From Coriobacteriaceae bacterium (GTDB lineage Bacteria; Bacillota_I; Bacilli_A; RFN20; CAG-826), in the NCBI GenBank assembly GCA_963612925.1, contig CAVDXG010000003.1:8267-72266 (forward strand): 64,000 nucleotides of DNA, given 5' to 3'. A program made the position numbers and the translations under genes. Below, in pieces: positions 24,233-33,274 of the stretch. How positions within the stretch are numbered: position 1 is the first letter of the stretch; the number at the start of each line of letters is the position of its first letter. The notes under the pieces are model-generated. The model had not been told where the DNA came from. It worked only from the letters and a program-made list of their open reading frames with translations, and searched no databases.

Positions 24233-24296
24233 TTCGTTTTGTGTATTTTTTTACATTTTACGAATTCGTTTTGTGTATTTTTTTACATTTTACGAA
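24233..24296 (+). repeat. Perfect 32-bp tandem duplication (2 copies) upstream of the DUF4143 ATPase
   Basis: TTCGTTTTGTGTATTTTTTTACATTTTACGAA occurs at 24233-24264 and again at 24265-24296. Each unit has inverted ends (TTCGT...ACGAA). The array ends 30 nt before ATG 24326. Confidence 0.9.
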
Positions 24297-24325
24297 GATT
24301 TGTTATCATATATGTGGTGATAGCT

Positions 24326-25747
24326 ATGGAAGATGATATTTATTTAAAAAGAAAGATTTACGATGAACTTGTAAAATGGAATTCTGATCCTAATAAGTTA
24401 CCTTTAATTGTCGATGGCCTTAGGCAAGTTGGAAAAAGTTACATCGTCAATAAATTTGCTCATGACAAATTCGAAAATGTAATCACTTTTGATTTTCGAA
24501 GTCGAAAAGATTTAAGAAAAATATTTGATGGAAATTTAGATGTCGATTCTTTAATAAGAAACGCTACACCATATTTTCCAAATCAAAGTTTTATACCGAA
24601 TAAAACAATTTTAATTTTTGAAGAAATTGGTGATTGCCCTTTAGCTAGAACATCATTGAAGTTTTTTGCGCTTGATAAAAGATTTGCTATCATCGCTACA
24701 GGCTCATTATTAGGTGTCATTAACTATCGAAGAAAACAAAAGATTGATATTCCGACCGGCTATGAAAAGGTCATTCATTTATCATCACTAGATTTTGAAG
24801 AATTTTTATGGGCTAATGGAGTTAGCATAGAAGCGATTGATGTTTTAAAAGGCTACACAAAGAGAAAAGAAGAATTGCCGTCTGCTTTATCTAGCTTCTA
24901 CATCGATATGATTAAAAGATATGTTGTTATCGGAGGAATGCCGAAGTCAGTCAAAGAATATTTAAAAACTAATAGTTTTTCAAAGTCTCGAGAAATACTT
25001 GAAGGACTATTAAATGATTATCGTGGTGATTTTGGAAGATATGTAAACGATGAAAATGAAGAAGAAATTGACTATAAACTTCAACAACATTTAAATCAGA
25101 TATTTGATTCTATTCCTGAGCAATTATCTAGAGAGACTGATTCATTTAAATTTAAACTCTCTTCGCTTAAAAGTGGTGCGAGATATAGCAAATATAGAGA
25201 GCCATTCTTTTGGCTAGAAAAAGCCGGTTTGATATTGCGTTGTTTTAACTTAAAAGCGATAGAGAAACCTTTAGAAGCTAATAAAAATGAATCCTCATTT
25301 AAAGTCTTTCTTTCCGATATTGGATTACTTATGGCGATGTTTCCTTTGACCACCTCACAGCAATTTTTGCGAGATGAACTCGATAGTCGTAAAGGAGCGA
25401 TATTTGAAAATTTATTAGCGGTTTTTATCTATAAAGAGGGATTTCCTCTCTATTATTTTTTAAATGGCAGCGAACATTTAGAAATTGATTTTATTTTAGA
25501 AGATAGCGACGGAATATTGCTTTTTGAAGAGAAATCGGTGAATGGGAAGATGCGGGCTTCTAGAATGGTGATGGAAAATAAAAGTCCATATCATGCGAAA
25601 GCTTGTTATAAGATTATCCGTAACAATTTTGCCAAAGGTGATTTTTACATCAGCATTCCACATTTCGCTTCACCATTTCTATTGGAAGATATTGCTAATA
25701 AGATAAAGAAAGACACTAAGTTTGAACCTTTAAAATATCCTGAATAG
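24326..25747 (+). CDS. AAA_14 ATPase with C-terminal DUF4143 domain
   Basis: Walker A GLRQVGKSY, Walker B ILIFEEIGDCP and a C-terminal ...EIDFILED... nuclease-fold-like region. ATG 24326 (MEDDIYLKRKIY) is preferred; the track start at 24239 reads through the 32-bp repeats. Confidence 0.75.
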   Translation: MEDDIYLKRKIYDELVKWNSDPNKLPLIVDGLRQVGKSYIVNKFAHDKFENVITFDFRSRKDLRKIFDGNLDVDSLIRNATPYFPNQSFIPNKTILIFEEIGDCPLARTSLKFFALDKRFAIIATGSLLGVINYRRKQKIDIPTGYEKVIHLSSLDFEEFLWANGVSIEAIDVLKGYTKRKEELPSALSSFYIDMIKRYVVIGGMPKSVKEYLKTNSFSKSREILEGLLNDYRGDFGRYVNDENEEEIDYKLQQHLNQIFDSIPEQLSRETDSFKFKLSSLKSGARYSKYREPFFWLEKAGLILRCFNLKAIEKPLEANKNESSFKVFLSDIGLLMAMFPLTTSQQFLRDELDSRKGAIFENLLAVFIYKEGFPLYYFLNGSEHLEIDFILEDSDGILLFEEKSVNGKMRASRMVMENKSPYHAKACYKIIRNNFAKGDFYISIPHFASPFLLEDIANKIKKDTKFEPLKYPE

Positions 25748-25794
25748 ATTTAGAAAAATTATTTTCGCCATCTAAACTGCATTTAGTATGTTAG

Positions 25795-25842
25795 TTGGCG
25801 AGAAAAATTATATTGGTGTAAATTGGTGCATTTTTTGGTGCA
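25795..25842 (+). promoter_or_regulatory. Cluster of TTGGTG(C/T)A words upstream of the second AlbA_2 gene
   Basis: TTGGTGTA at 25813-25820; TTGGTGCA at 25823-25830 and 25835-25842; related TTGGCGAG at 25795-25802. The array ends 46 nt before ATG 25889. Confidence 0.45.
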
Positions 25843-25888
25843 AATCTATGTATTCCATGTTATCATTAAGGTGTGAAAGGAGACAGTT

Positions 25889-27313
25889 ATGGCTTTGCCA
25901 ACTAACATCAATAGCATTTTAAACCCCGACATCGTTGAAAGCGTGAGAGTTGAACTTAAAGAAGGATTTAATATTGAAAGCATTCTTCATACAATCTCAG
26001 CATTCGCCAATGACATTGATAATTTTTGCGGCGGCTACATCATAATTGGCATTAAAGATAATAAGGAAGTTACTGGTTTTGCTAGAGATAAATTTGATGA
26101 TCTTCAAAAAGAAGTTTTTAGATATTGCAAAAAATGTATTGAGCCTAGCTATGTTCCTCAAATTGAATTAGTGAATTATCTAGGAAAAGATGTTGTAGTC
26201 CTGTGGTGTCCTTCTGGAGAAGAAAAACCATATAGATGTTATGAATCGCCTTTTAAAGAGAAGAAAGATACAAGATATCTATGCTACATTCGAAAAGGAT
26301 TTTTAACTGTACTTGCTTCCCGCTTTGATGAAAAAGAATTGTTTAATTTAGCAAGTTACACTCCTTTTGATGATAGAGTGAATTATAAATACGATTTAAG
26401 TGTTATTTCCAGAAATCTTATTTTCGATTATTTATCAATGATCAATTCTGATTTATTGATTAGTTTTGATAAAGCAAGCACTGAACAATTGCTGCTCGAC
26501 CTTCGAGTTCTTGGAGGCCCGAAAGAGGACTATCGATTGAAGAATATTGCTTTATTGATGTTTACTAATAAGCCGAGCGATTACATTCCTTATTCATATA
26601 TAGATTTGACCATCTTAAAAGATGATGAAGGTGAAGAGCTAATTGAAAAGCGTTTTGATTCATCACTTTTTAAGCAATACATCGATTGCATGGACTATAT
26701 CAAAAACAATGTCATCGAAAAAAAGATTATAAAAGTAAAAGGAGATTACAAGTCTATCACTACTTATAATTACTCCTTTGAAGTCCTTGAAGAAGTTATT
26801 GCTAATGCGATTTTACATAAGTCTTATCAAATAAGTGAACCGGTTTCTATTCGAATTGAAAAAGATAAAATCGAGGTCACTAATGTGCCTGGTTTTGATA
26901 GAACAATAAGCGACACCGCGATTAAAGAGTTGAAACCTAAATCTAAAAGATACACTTCTAGACGCATTGCAGAATTTTTGAAGGAATTAGGTTTTGTTGA
27001 AGCTAAAAATACTGGCTATCCGCGCATTATCAAGAAAAGCCAAGAAAACAATTCACCTCTCCCGCTTATTGAAATGAACAAAGAAAGAGATTATGTGAGT
27101 GTAATCATCCCAATTAACAAACTCTTTTTAAATGATGATCTCTCTTTAAGAGATCGCATCATCAATTATTTAAATGAAAAAGATATGAGTAAAACCGAAC
27201 TCTCAAGAGCACTTGGCTATAATCGAGTTAACAATTCGCTTACTTATCAGCTCAATAAATTAATGGATGAGAAAAAAGTCGCACGTCGCGATAAAAAATA
27301 TTATCTAGTATAG
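25889..27313 (+). CDS. AlbA_2 (Schlafen-type) / HATPase_c_4 protein with C-terminal winged-helix (paralogue of 3295-4857)
   Basis: VRVELKEGFN and FANDIDNFCGGYIIIGI (AlbA_2), ANAILHKSY (HATPase_c_4), and the tail MSKTELSRALGYNRVNNSLTYQLNKLMDEKKV (wHTH). RBS AAAGGAG upstream. Confidence 0.72.
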   Translation: MALPTNINSILNPDIVESVRVELKEGFNIESILHTISAFANDIDNFCGGYIIIGIKDNKEVTGFARDKFDDLQKEVFRYCKKCIEPSYVPQIELVNYLGKDVVVLWCPSGEEKPYRCYESPFKEKKDTRYLCYIRKGFLTVLASRFDEKELFNLASYTPFDDRVNYKYDLSVISRNLIFDYLSMINSDLLISFDKASTEQLLLDLRVLGGPKEDYRLKNIALLMFTNKPSDYIPYSYIDLTILKDDEGEELIEKRFDSSLFKQYIDCMDYIKNNVIEKKIIKVKGDYKSITTYNYSFEVLEEVIANAILHKSYQISEPVSIRIEKDKIEVTNVPGFDRTISDTAIKELKPKSKRYTSRRIAEFLKELGFVEAKNTGYPRIIKKSQENNSPLPLIEMNKERDYVSVIIPINKLFLNDDLSLRDRIINYLNEKDMSKTELSRALGYNRVNNSLTYQLNKLMDEKKVARRDKKYYLV

Positions 27314-27369
27314 ACAATTACTGTGCGATTAATTTGTATTGTCATGGTTTTTGATTTATCGTTATACAT

Positions 27370-28206
27370 ATGAAATATGTTGATAAATCTTTTGAAGGCG
27401 AACGATCGCTATTTAATATCAAGAATTCTAGCATTACTAACTGCCATTTTCTTTTTGGAGAGTCCCCTTTAAAAGAGAGCTCTAATTTAGTAATTAGCGA
27501 TACCTCTTTTGAATGGAAATATCCGTTATGGTACGCCTCAAATATTCAATGCAAAAACATTAAATTAACTAACAACGCCAGAAGCGGAATCTGGTATAGC
27601 AAACATATCGTTATTAAAGATTCATTAATCGAAGCACCTAAAACATTTAGAAGAGCAAAACATATATATTTAGAGAATGTCAATATGCCTAACGCCAGTG
27701 AAACGCTTTGGAACTGCAAGGATATTAGAATTTATAATTCTAAAATAAGCGGCGATTATCTAATGATGAACTCTAAAAAAGCCATCATTGATAATCTTCA
27801 TCTAGTCGGCAATTATTTCTTTGATGGAGGAGAGGATTTAGAGATTTCTAATTCCTTTTTAGAGAGCAAAGATGCTTTTTGGAACTGCAAAAATGTAATC
27901 GTTAAAGATTCAATAATTCATGGAGAATACATTGGTTGGAACAGTAAAAACATCACCTTCATCAACTGTGAAATCATCTCTCATCAAGGCTTTTGCTATA
28001 TGGAGAATGTGAAATTAGTTAATTGTAAAGTGCTCGATTCCGATCTCATCTTTGAATATTCTAAAAATATTGACGCGGATATCATTTCTACTGTTACATC
28101 GATTAAAAATCCTTCATCAGGCATCATTAAAGTCAAAGGAGTTAACGAACTCATCCTTGATGAAAAACTTGTCGATACATCTAAAAGCAAAATCATAATT
28201 GAATAA
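27370..28206 (+). CDS. DUF3737-family protein (repetitive, probable beta-helix)
   Basis: FEGERSLFNIKNSSITNCHF...GESPLKES...FEWKYPLWY...ARSGIWYSK matches my recollection of DUF3737. Internal approximately 20-aa periodicity. Confidence 0.6.
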   Translation: MKYVDKSFEGERSLFNIKNSSITNCHFLFGESPLKESSNLVISDTSFEWKYPLWYASNIQCKNIKLTNNARSGIWYSKHIVIKDSLIEAPKTFRRAKHIYLENVNMPNASETLWNCKDIRIYNSKISGDYLMMNSKKAIIDNLHLVGNYFFDGGEDLEISNSFLESKDAFWNCKNVIVKDSIIHGEYIGWNSKNITFINCEIISHQGFCYMENVKLVNCKVLDSDLIFEYSKNIDADIISTVTSIKNPSSGIIKVKGVNELILDEKLVDTSKSKIIIE

Positions 28207-29378
28207 TGAAATATAATTTCGATAAAATCGCTAATCTTCATAAGAGCAATAGTTCTAGATATTTAAATCTAAAAGAAAATGAACTCAATCTCACCATTGC
28301 CGACATGGACTTTATGGTTTTACCTGAAGTTGAAGAAGCATTGCTTAATCGAATCAATATCAAAGCCTATCCTTATAGCGAAGTGCCCGAAGAATTCTTT
28401 ACATCCTTTATCGAATTTCAAAAGAAAAGGCATGGAAATGAAATAGTTAGAGAAACGCTTCTATTTTCCACTTCCGTTATAGCTTCGGTGGATGCCGTCT
28501 TTGATGCCTTTTTAAAAAAAGGCGATAAAGTGATTATGTTCACGCCGATGTATAATGCTTTTTATAGTTGCTTAAATAATCGCGGATTAGAAATTGTTTC
28601 TTGTCCTTTTCTTGAAAGAGGAAACGAATATCAAATTGATTTTCCTCTTTTAGAGAAGCTCATTAAAGAGAATGACATCAAATTATTTTTATTAGCCAAT
28701 CCTCATAATCCGGGAGGGAAAATCTTTAGCCAAAAAGAGGTTAAGAAAATTGTTAATTTAGCTAAAGAAAAAGACCTTCTTCTTCTCAGCGATGAAATCC
28801 ATAGCGACATCACCGATCCTGATAAGGAATATTATTCACTTGTTCATTATTTTTCAGATTATAAAAATATCATCGTCCTCAATTCAGCGAGCAAATCTTT
28901 TAACTTAGCTGGGATGCAGAGTTCAATTGTAATTATTGATGATATCTCTTTAAGAGAATCGATAAGAAAACAACTCTATAAAAATGATGTCGGCGAGCCT
29001 AATTTCTTTGGCCCATATGCCTCATTATCTGCCTGGAGATTTGGACTAGAATATAACAAAGAATTAAGAAAATATCTAAAAGGAAATAAAGATTATCTTT
29101 CTTCTTTAACTTTTGAAAAGAAATATGATTTTAAACTAATTGATGGAGGATCAACTTATCTACTTTGGTATAAAGTTCCTTCATATTTTCTAGATGGCGA
29201 TGAATTCAGCAAATTATTTTATTTAGAAGAAGGCATTAAAGTTGCGCCTGGCTCAATATATGGAGTCGAGGGCAAAGATTTTGTTCGCATCAATATTGCC
29301 TCGAATAGAGAAAACATTAAAATCTTAGGGGATAAATTAGATAAATTTTTGTCTTCTCATCAAAAAACTACTTTTTAA
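28206..29378 (+). CDS. patB: MalY/PatB-type PLP-dependent C-S lyase (class I/II aminotransferase fold)
   Basis: NPHNPGG and the SASKSFNLAGMQ PLP-lysine motif. Its start shares a nucleotide with the DUF3737 stop (TAATG). Confidence 0.75.
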   Translation: MKYNFDKIANLHKSNSSRYLNLKENELNLTIADMDFMVLPEVEEALLNRINIKAYPYSEVPEEFFTSFIEFQKKRHGNEIVRETLLFSTSVIASVDAVFDAFLKKGDKVIMFTPMYNAFYSCLNNRGLEIVSCPFLERGNEYQIDFPLLEKLIKENDIKLFLLANPHNPGGKIFSQKEVKKIVNLAKEKDLLLLSDEIHSDITDPDKEYYSLVHYFSDYKNIIVLNSASKSFNLAGMQSSIVIIDDISLRESIRKQLYKNDVGEPNFFGPYASLSAWRFGLEYNKELRKYLKGNKDYLSSLTFEKKYDFKLIDGGSTYLLWYKVPSYFLDGDEFSKLFYLEEGIKVAPGSIYGVEGKDFVRINIASNRENIKILGDKLDKFLSSHQKTTF

Positions 29379-30738
29379 AATAGATATCGTCTCCATCGAA
29401 ACGGTATTTCAATTCTATATTATTAGTTTCAAAACCATTTATTGAAACAAAGCCATAATCTTTAACATTTATTTCTTTGATAGCTTTTATTTGTTCTATC
29501 TCTTCATAGATAGTTTTATCGTCCAACTTATCTTTTAAGTATTTGGCTATGATTATGTCATAACTTTCTACTTTTTTAAGTGCAATATCGAATTCGCCGT
29601 TTACTTTATTTTTAACATCATCATAATAATACGAGCCTAAGTTATAGATATCTTTTAAGGTACTATTTTTTATTAAAAGTGAAAGGAATTGCCTAACGAT
29701 ATTTTCAAATCGAAAGGCTATAAATGTGTTGAGGCTTTTTTCGATGTAGGTTTCATAAAAAACTTCACGGCCTAAAATGTTGATGATGCTTTCTTTTTTA
29801 TAGATATAGCTATAGAAGAAGCGGAGGGTGTTGTTGCATAAAGAATATGTTACTTTTTTGTTATCGTTTATTCGATTGATAGGCTCATTTTTCAATAAAG
29901 CCCATTTCGATAAGATTGTTGAGTTGCTTATTTAATAGCCCATTTTGCTTATATAAGAGTTCATCTTCTAACTTTTTATACTTAATTTTTCCATTACCGA
30001 TTATTTTAAAGATGCTCTCGAAATTTGATTTGCTTGATAAGTCGCTTGTGTAGTTTTCACTAGCGTAGTTATAAATTGAACTGAGATTGTTTAACAATGT
30101 CGAGCAGATGTTCTCTTTTAGCGATTTGTTCTCGTCTAATTGACACAAAATATATGGCGACCCTCCAAAGGCGGCATAAAAGGCGACTTTGTCGTAATTG
30201 CTTAGATGCGGATAAAAATTGCTTGCATCTAGATAGTTAAATTCTTTTAGATGAATGATAGTTTTAAAGCGACCATATAAAGGGTTTTTATCTTTTAATA
30301 AAGCATTCATCATCCCAATATTAGAGCCTGAGATAATAATGTTTAAATTTTTAGAGTAGTTGCTTAAAAGATTTTGAAATAGAGACTCTAATTCATCTTT
30401 ATTGTTTTTTACATATAAATAAGGGAATTCATCGAGAGCAATTATTTATCGTTTATTTAAAGTATTTAAGTATGTGAATAAACTTTTAAAGGAGTCTAAT
30501 TTAATGTCAGTAGCAATTATATGACGCATTGAAAGCAAAGAACTTAATTCATCTAAATTCGTTTTTAAAGGAGCTTTTGCACATTCAAAATGAACATATT
30601 CAAAGGTAGAGCTTTTTAATACTTCATCGATTAAAAAGGATTTGCCAACTCTTCGATTTCCATAGATTAGAACATGATTGTTGCTCTTATTTATTGACGA
30701 TAGAATGGCGTTTTTTCTTCATTTCGCCCGACAAACAT
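29368..30738 (-). pseudogene. Decayed ATPase of the Arch_ATPase/DUF234 type
   Basis: The minus-strand reading MFVGRNEE(K)-NAILSSINKSNNHVLIYGNRRVGKSFLIDE...NKR*IIALDEFPYLY...GFIEK*-NEPINR... needs one frameshift in an A-run near 30709-30714, contains one in-frame TAA near 30447-30449, and needs another frameshift in an A-run near 29888-29895. Confidence 0.7.
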
Positions 30739-30922
30739 AATATTCTCCTTTTTTGTTGAAATTTTTTTCATTGAAATATTTTTCAACTAAATGATAAATG
30801 GCTTTATCCTTTTTGGTAAGGCAAAAAGAAAAAGGTTCTTCGCCCCCTTTCTCTATAAGGAGAGGAAATTTTTTATCCTGAACTTTTATGCCTGTATGCT
30901 CACATAACTTTACTGCATAGCC

Positions 30923-30951
30923 TAAAAATAAAAAGCAACTAAAAGTTGCTT
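30923..30951 (-). terminator. Rho-independent terminator downstream of the 31022-31438 gene
   Basis: Stem AAGCAACT (30933-30940), loop AAA, stem AGTTGCTT (30944-30951). On the minus strand this is followed by TTTATTTTTA. Confidence 0.6.
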
Positions 30952-31021
30952 AATATTGGATGTCACTTCATTTATGCTTACAAATTATAGGTGTTATTTT
31001 GTGAGCATAAAAGTTAAGGTT

Positions 31022-31438
31022 TTATTTGTCTTTTGCTTCTACATCAACGACTTGACTTCTTCCTTCTTTAGCTAAGGCAATTAAACCTAAGATGCCTGCG
31101 GCGGCGGAGAATTCCACTCCGGAAGCAAGGCCAAAGATGATACCTAAAATATGAAGAGTCTTTGTCGGATTTGCGTAAGCTTTCTTGCTGACGACAAGGT
31201 TGACGATTGTGTGAGCTAATGAAAAAACCAATAAAATTTCATAGGTTACCAAAATTGCGACAAGCGTAGCTTTATCGTATACATTTCCAGCTGGATCTTT
31301 AATAGCCGTTCCATCCGCAAGAGCGAGACCAAAGCTAACTCCAATCGTAATAATTCCAACCACGGTTAATGCGATTATAACGATTGATAGAATCGTGCTC
31401 ACCTTGTAGAAAGTCTTGGATAATCTTTTTAAAGCCAT
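31022..31438 (-). CDS. Hypothetical 4-TM membrane protein
   Basis: 138 aa, four hydrophobic helices. Starts 4 nt downstream of pgcA on the same strand. Confidence 0.55.
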   Translation of the reverse strand: MALKRLSKTFYKVSTILSIVIIALTVVGIITIGVSFGLALADGTAIKDPAGNVYDKATLVAILVTYEILLVFSLAHTIVNLVVSKKAYANPTKTLHILGIIFGLASGVEFSAAAGILGLIALAKEGRSQVVDVEAKDK

Positions 31439-31442
31439 ATTT

Positions 31443-33128
31443 TTAGTCCTCCTTTATTATGATATTAATGATTGTAGAATATTTTTCAAGATTAGTTTTG
31501 CCGTTAGCAAATATATAAGCTTTTAGTTTTGGTTCCGTACCGCTTGGACGGATGGTGATGGTTTCGCCATCTGTTAGGAAAAACTTCATAACATTGCTCT
31601 TTGGTAAATTAGTATTTTCAGAGTGATCTTTATAGTGAATCTTTTGCTCTAAGTAGTCGCCGATGTAATCGATATTATCTAAGTGAGTTTCTAATATATT
31701 ATTCCTAAAGTCACGCATGATTTTTTGGATGTGCTCTTTACCAGTTAAACCTTTAAATTCATAGGCGTAAGTCGCGGTTTTATAATCACCAAATTCCTGG
31801 TAGATTTCCTGTAAGCGGTCATAAATTGTCATGTTTTTATGCTTGTAATGGTTGGCGAGTTCCGCCATAACAAGTGAGGCGTTGATAGCATCTTTGTCTC
31901 TAATATCAGGGTTAGTTAAATAACCACATGATTCCTCGTAACCGAAAATAAATCTATCTTCTTCACCTTTCTTTTCTAAGAAGAGGATTTGTTCCCCGAT
32001 ATATTTAAAGCCAGTTAGCACTTCCGCGAGTTCAATGCCTCTTTTCTTAGCCATGATATTAACTAAGTCGGAGCTCACGATTGTTTTAACAGCAAATGGT
32101 TTTTTAGGAAGGGTGCCATTTTCTTTTCGCATCAAATAGGCGAAGTCAAATAAGAGGATGCCAACTTCGTTCCCGGTGAGAATTATTGGTTTACCGTGTT
32201 GATTGCAAACGACACCGAGTCGATCTGAATCAGGGTCAGTGGCGATGAGGATATCATCATTTTTCTCAATGAGCAGTTTAATGCCTAAACTTAAAGCTTC
32301 TTTCATCTCGGGGTTCGGATATGGAGCAGTTGGGAAATTGCCATCTGGGTCTTTTTGTTCTTTGACGACATCGATATGTTTAAAGCCATCCATGTCAAGG
32401 ATTTTACTGACGCATTTATAGCCCGCTCCGTTAAGAGGAGTGTAAGCGATGTTAAGGATTCTTTCCTCTTTTGAAAGCGATTGTTGGAGATTGCTTTCTA
32501 AGAATTCCTTTTTGATATCTTCGGAGATTGTTTCGATTAGTCCTTCTTTTCTAAGCACTTCTTCATCGCCATATTTCACATCAAACATATCGAGTTTTTC
32601 GATTTCAGAATAGACATCCGCGGCATTTTTATCAGTCATTTGGCAACCATCTGAGCCGTAACATTTATAGCCGTTATATTCTTTTGGGTTGTGCGAGGCT
32701 GTCACCACGATACCTCCATCGCATTTTAAATGTCGCACAGCGAAAGATAGTGATGGTGTCGGCATAAGCTCATCATAGATGTAGGCTTTAATTCCGTTTG
32801 AGGCTAAAACGATTGCCGCTTCACTAGCGAAAAATTTTGAATTATTTCTTGAATCGTAGGCGATGGCAACGCTTGGCGAAGGATTTTTCTTTAACAAATA
32901 ATTGGCAAGTCCTTGACTGGCGTGACGAATGACATATTTATTCATTCTATTGCTGCCTAAAGCCATGATGCCTCTAAGACCGGCGGTACCGAATTCTAAA
33001 TCGGCGATGAAGCGGTCAATAATTTCTTTTTCATTATCTTTAAGCGTTAATAATTCATCCTTTTCCTCTTTCGATAATGAATTTGAATTTAGCCAACTTA
33101 AATATTTATCTTTTATTTTTTGATCCAT
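31443..33128 (-). CDS. pgcA: Phosphoglucomutase / phosphomannomutase (alpha-D-phosphohexomutase)
   Basis: Active-site TASHNPKEYNGYK, metal loop ATDPDSDRLG and sugar loop GYEESCG. Confidence 0.88.
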   Translation of the reverse strand: MDQKIKDKYLSWLNSNSLSKEEKDELLTLKDNEKEIIDRFIADLEFGTAGLRGIMALGSNRMNKYVIRHASQGLANYLLKKNPSPSVAIAYDSRNNSKFFASEAAIVLASNGIKAYIYDELMPTPSLSFAVRHLKCDGGIVVTASHNPKEYNGYKCYGSDGCQMTDKNAADVYSEIEKLDMFDVKYGDEEVLRKEGLIETISEDIKKEFLESNLQQSLSKEERILNIAYTPLNGAGYKCVSKILDMDGFKHIDVVKEQKDPDGNFPTAPYPNPEMKEALSLGIKLLIEKNDDILIATDPDSDRLGVVCNQHGKPIILTGNEVGILLFDFAYLMRKENGTLPKKPFAVKTIVSSDLVNIMAKKRGIELAEVLTGFKYIGEQILFLEKKGEEDRFIFGYEESCGYLTNPDIRDKDAINASLVMAELANHYKHKNMTIYDRLQEIYQEFGDYKTATYAYEFKGLTGKEHIQKIMRDFRNNILETHLDNIDYIGDYLEQKIHYKDHSENTNLPKSNVMKFFLTDGETITIRPSGTEPKLKAYIFANGKTNLEKYSTIINIIIKED

Positions 33129-33274
33129 TTAAATTTGCCTCCTTTTTTATCTTCCTTATTCTAGCACAGTGATAAGCGATTTATCATAGATAAGATTATA
33201 GAGATAAATGCTTTAAGAGAGGAGATGAAAATAGTATAATGTTTTCGCTTTCATTGAGTGATAATTAATTAGAT

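Noticed and set aside
30780-30960. Open minus-strand frame (…LCEHTGIKVQDKKFPLLIEKGGEEPFSFCLTKKDKAIYHLVEKYFNEKNF…) upstream of the DUF234 pseudogene. A 9-bp inverted repeat ATGCTCACA/TGTGAGCAT (30896-30904 and 31000-31008) lies in the same region
   Set aside because: The frame has no start codon after the preceding stop and runs through the terminator hairpin. It may be a relic of an older gene, but I cannot support it as a feature. A 9-bp inverted repeat 95 bp apart is within chance expectation for this composition.
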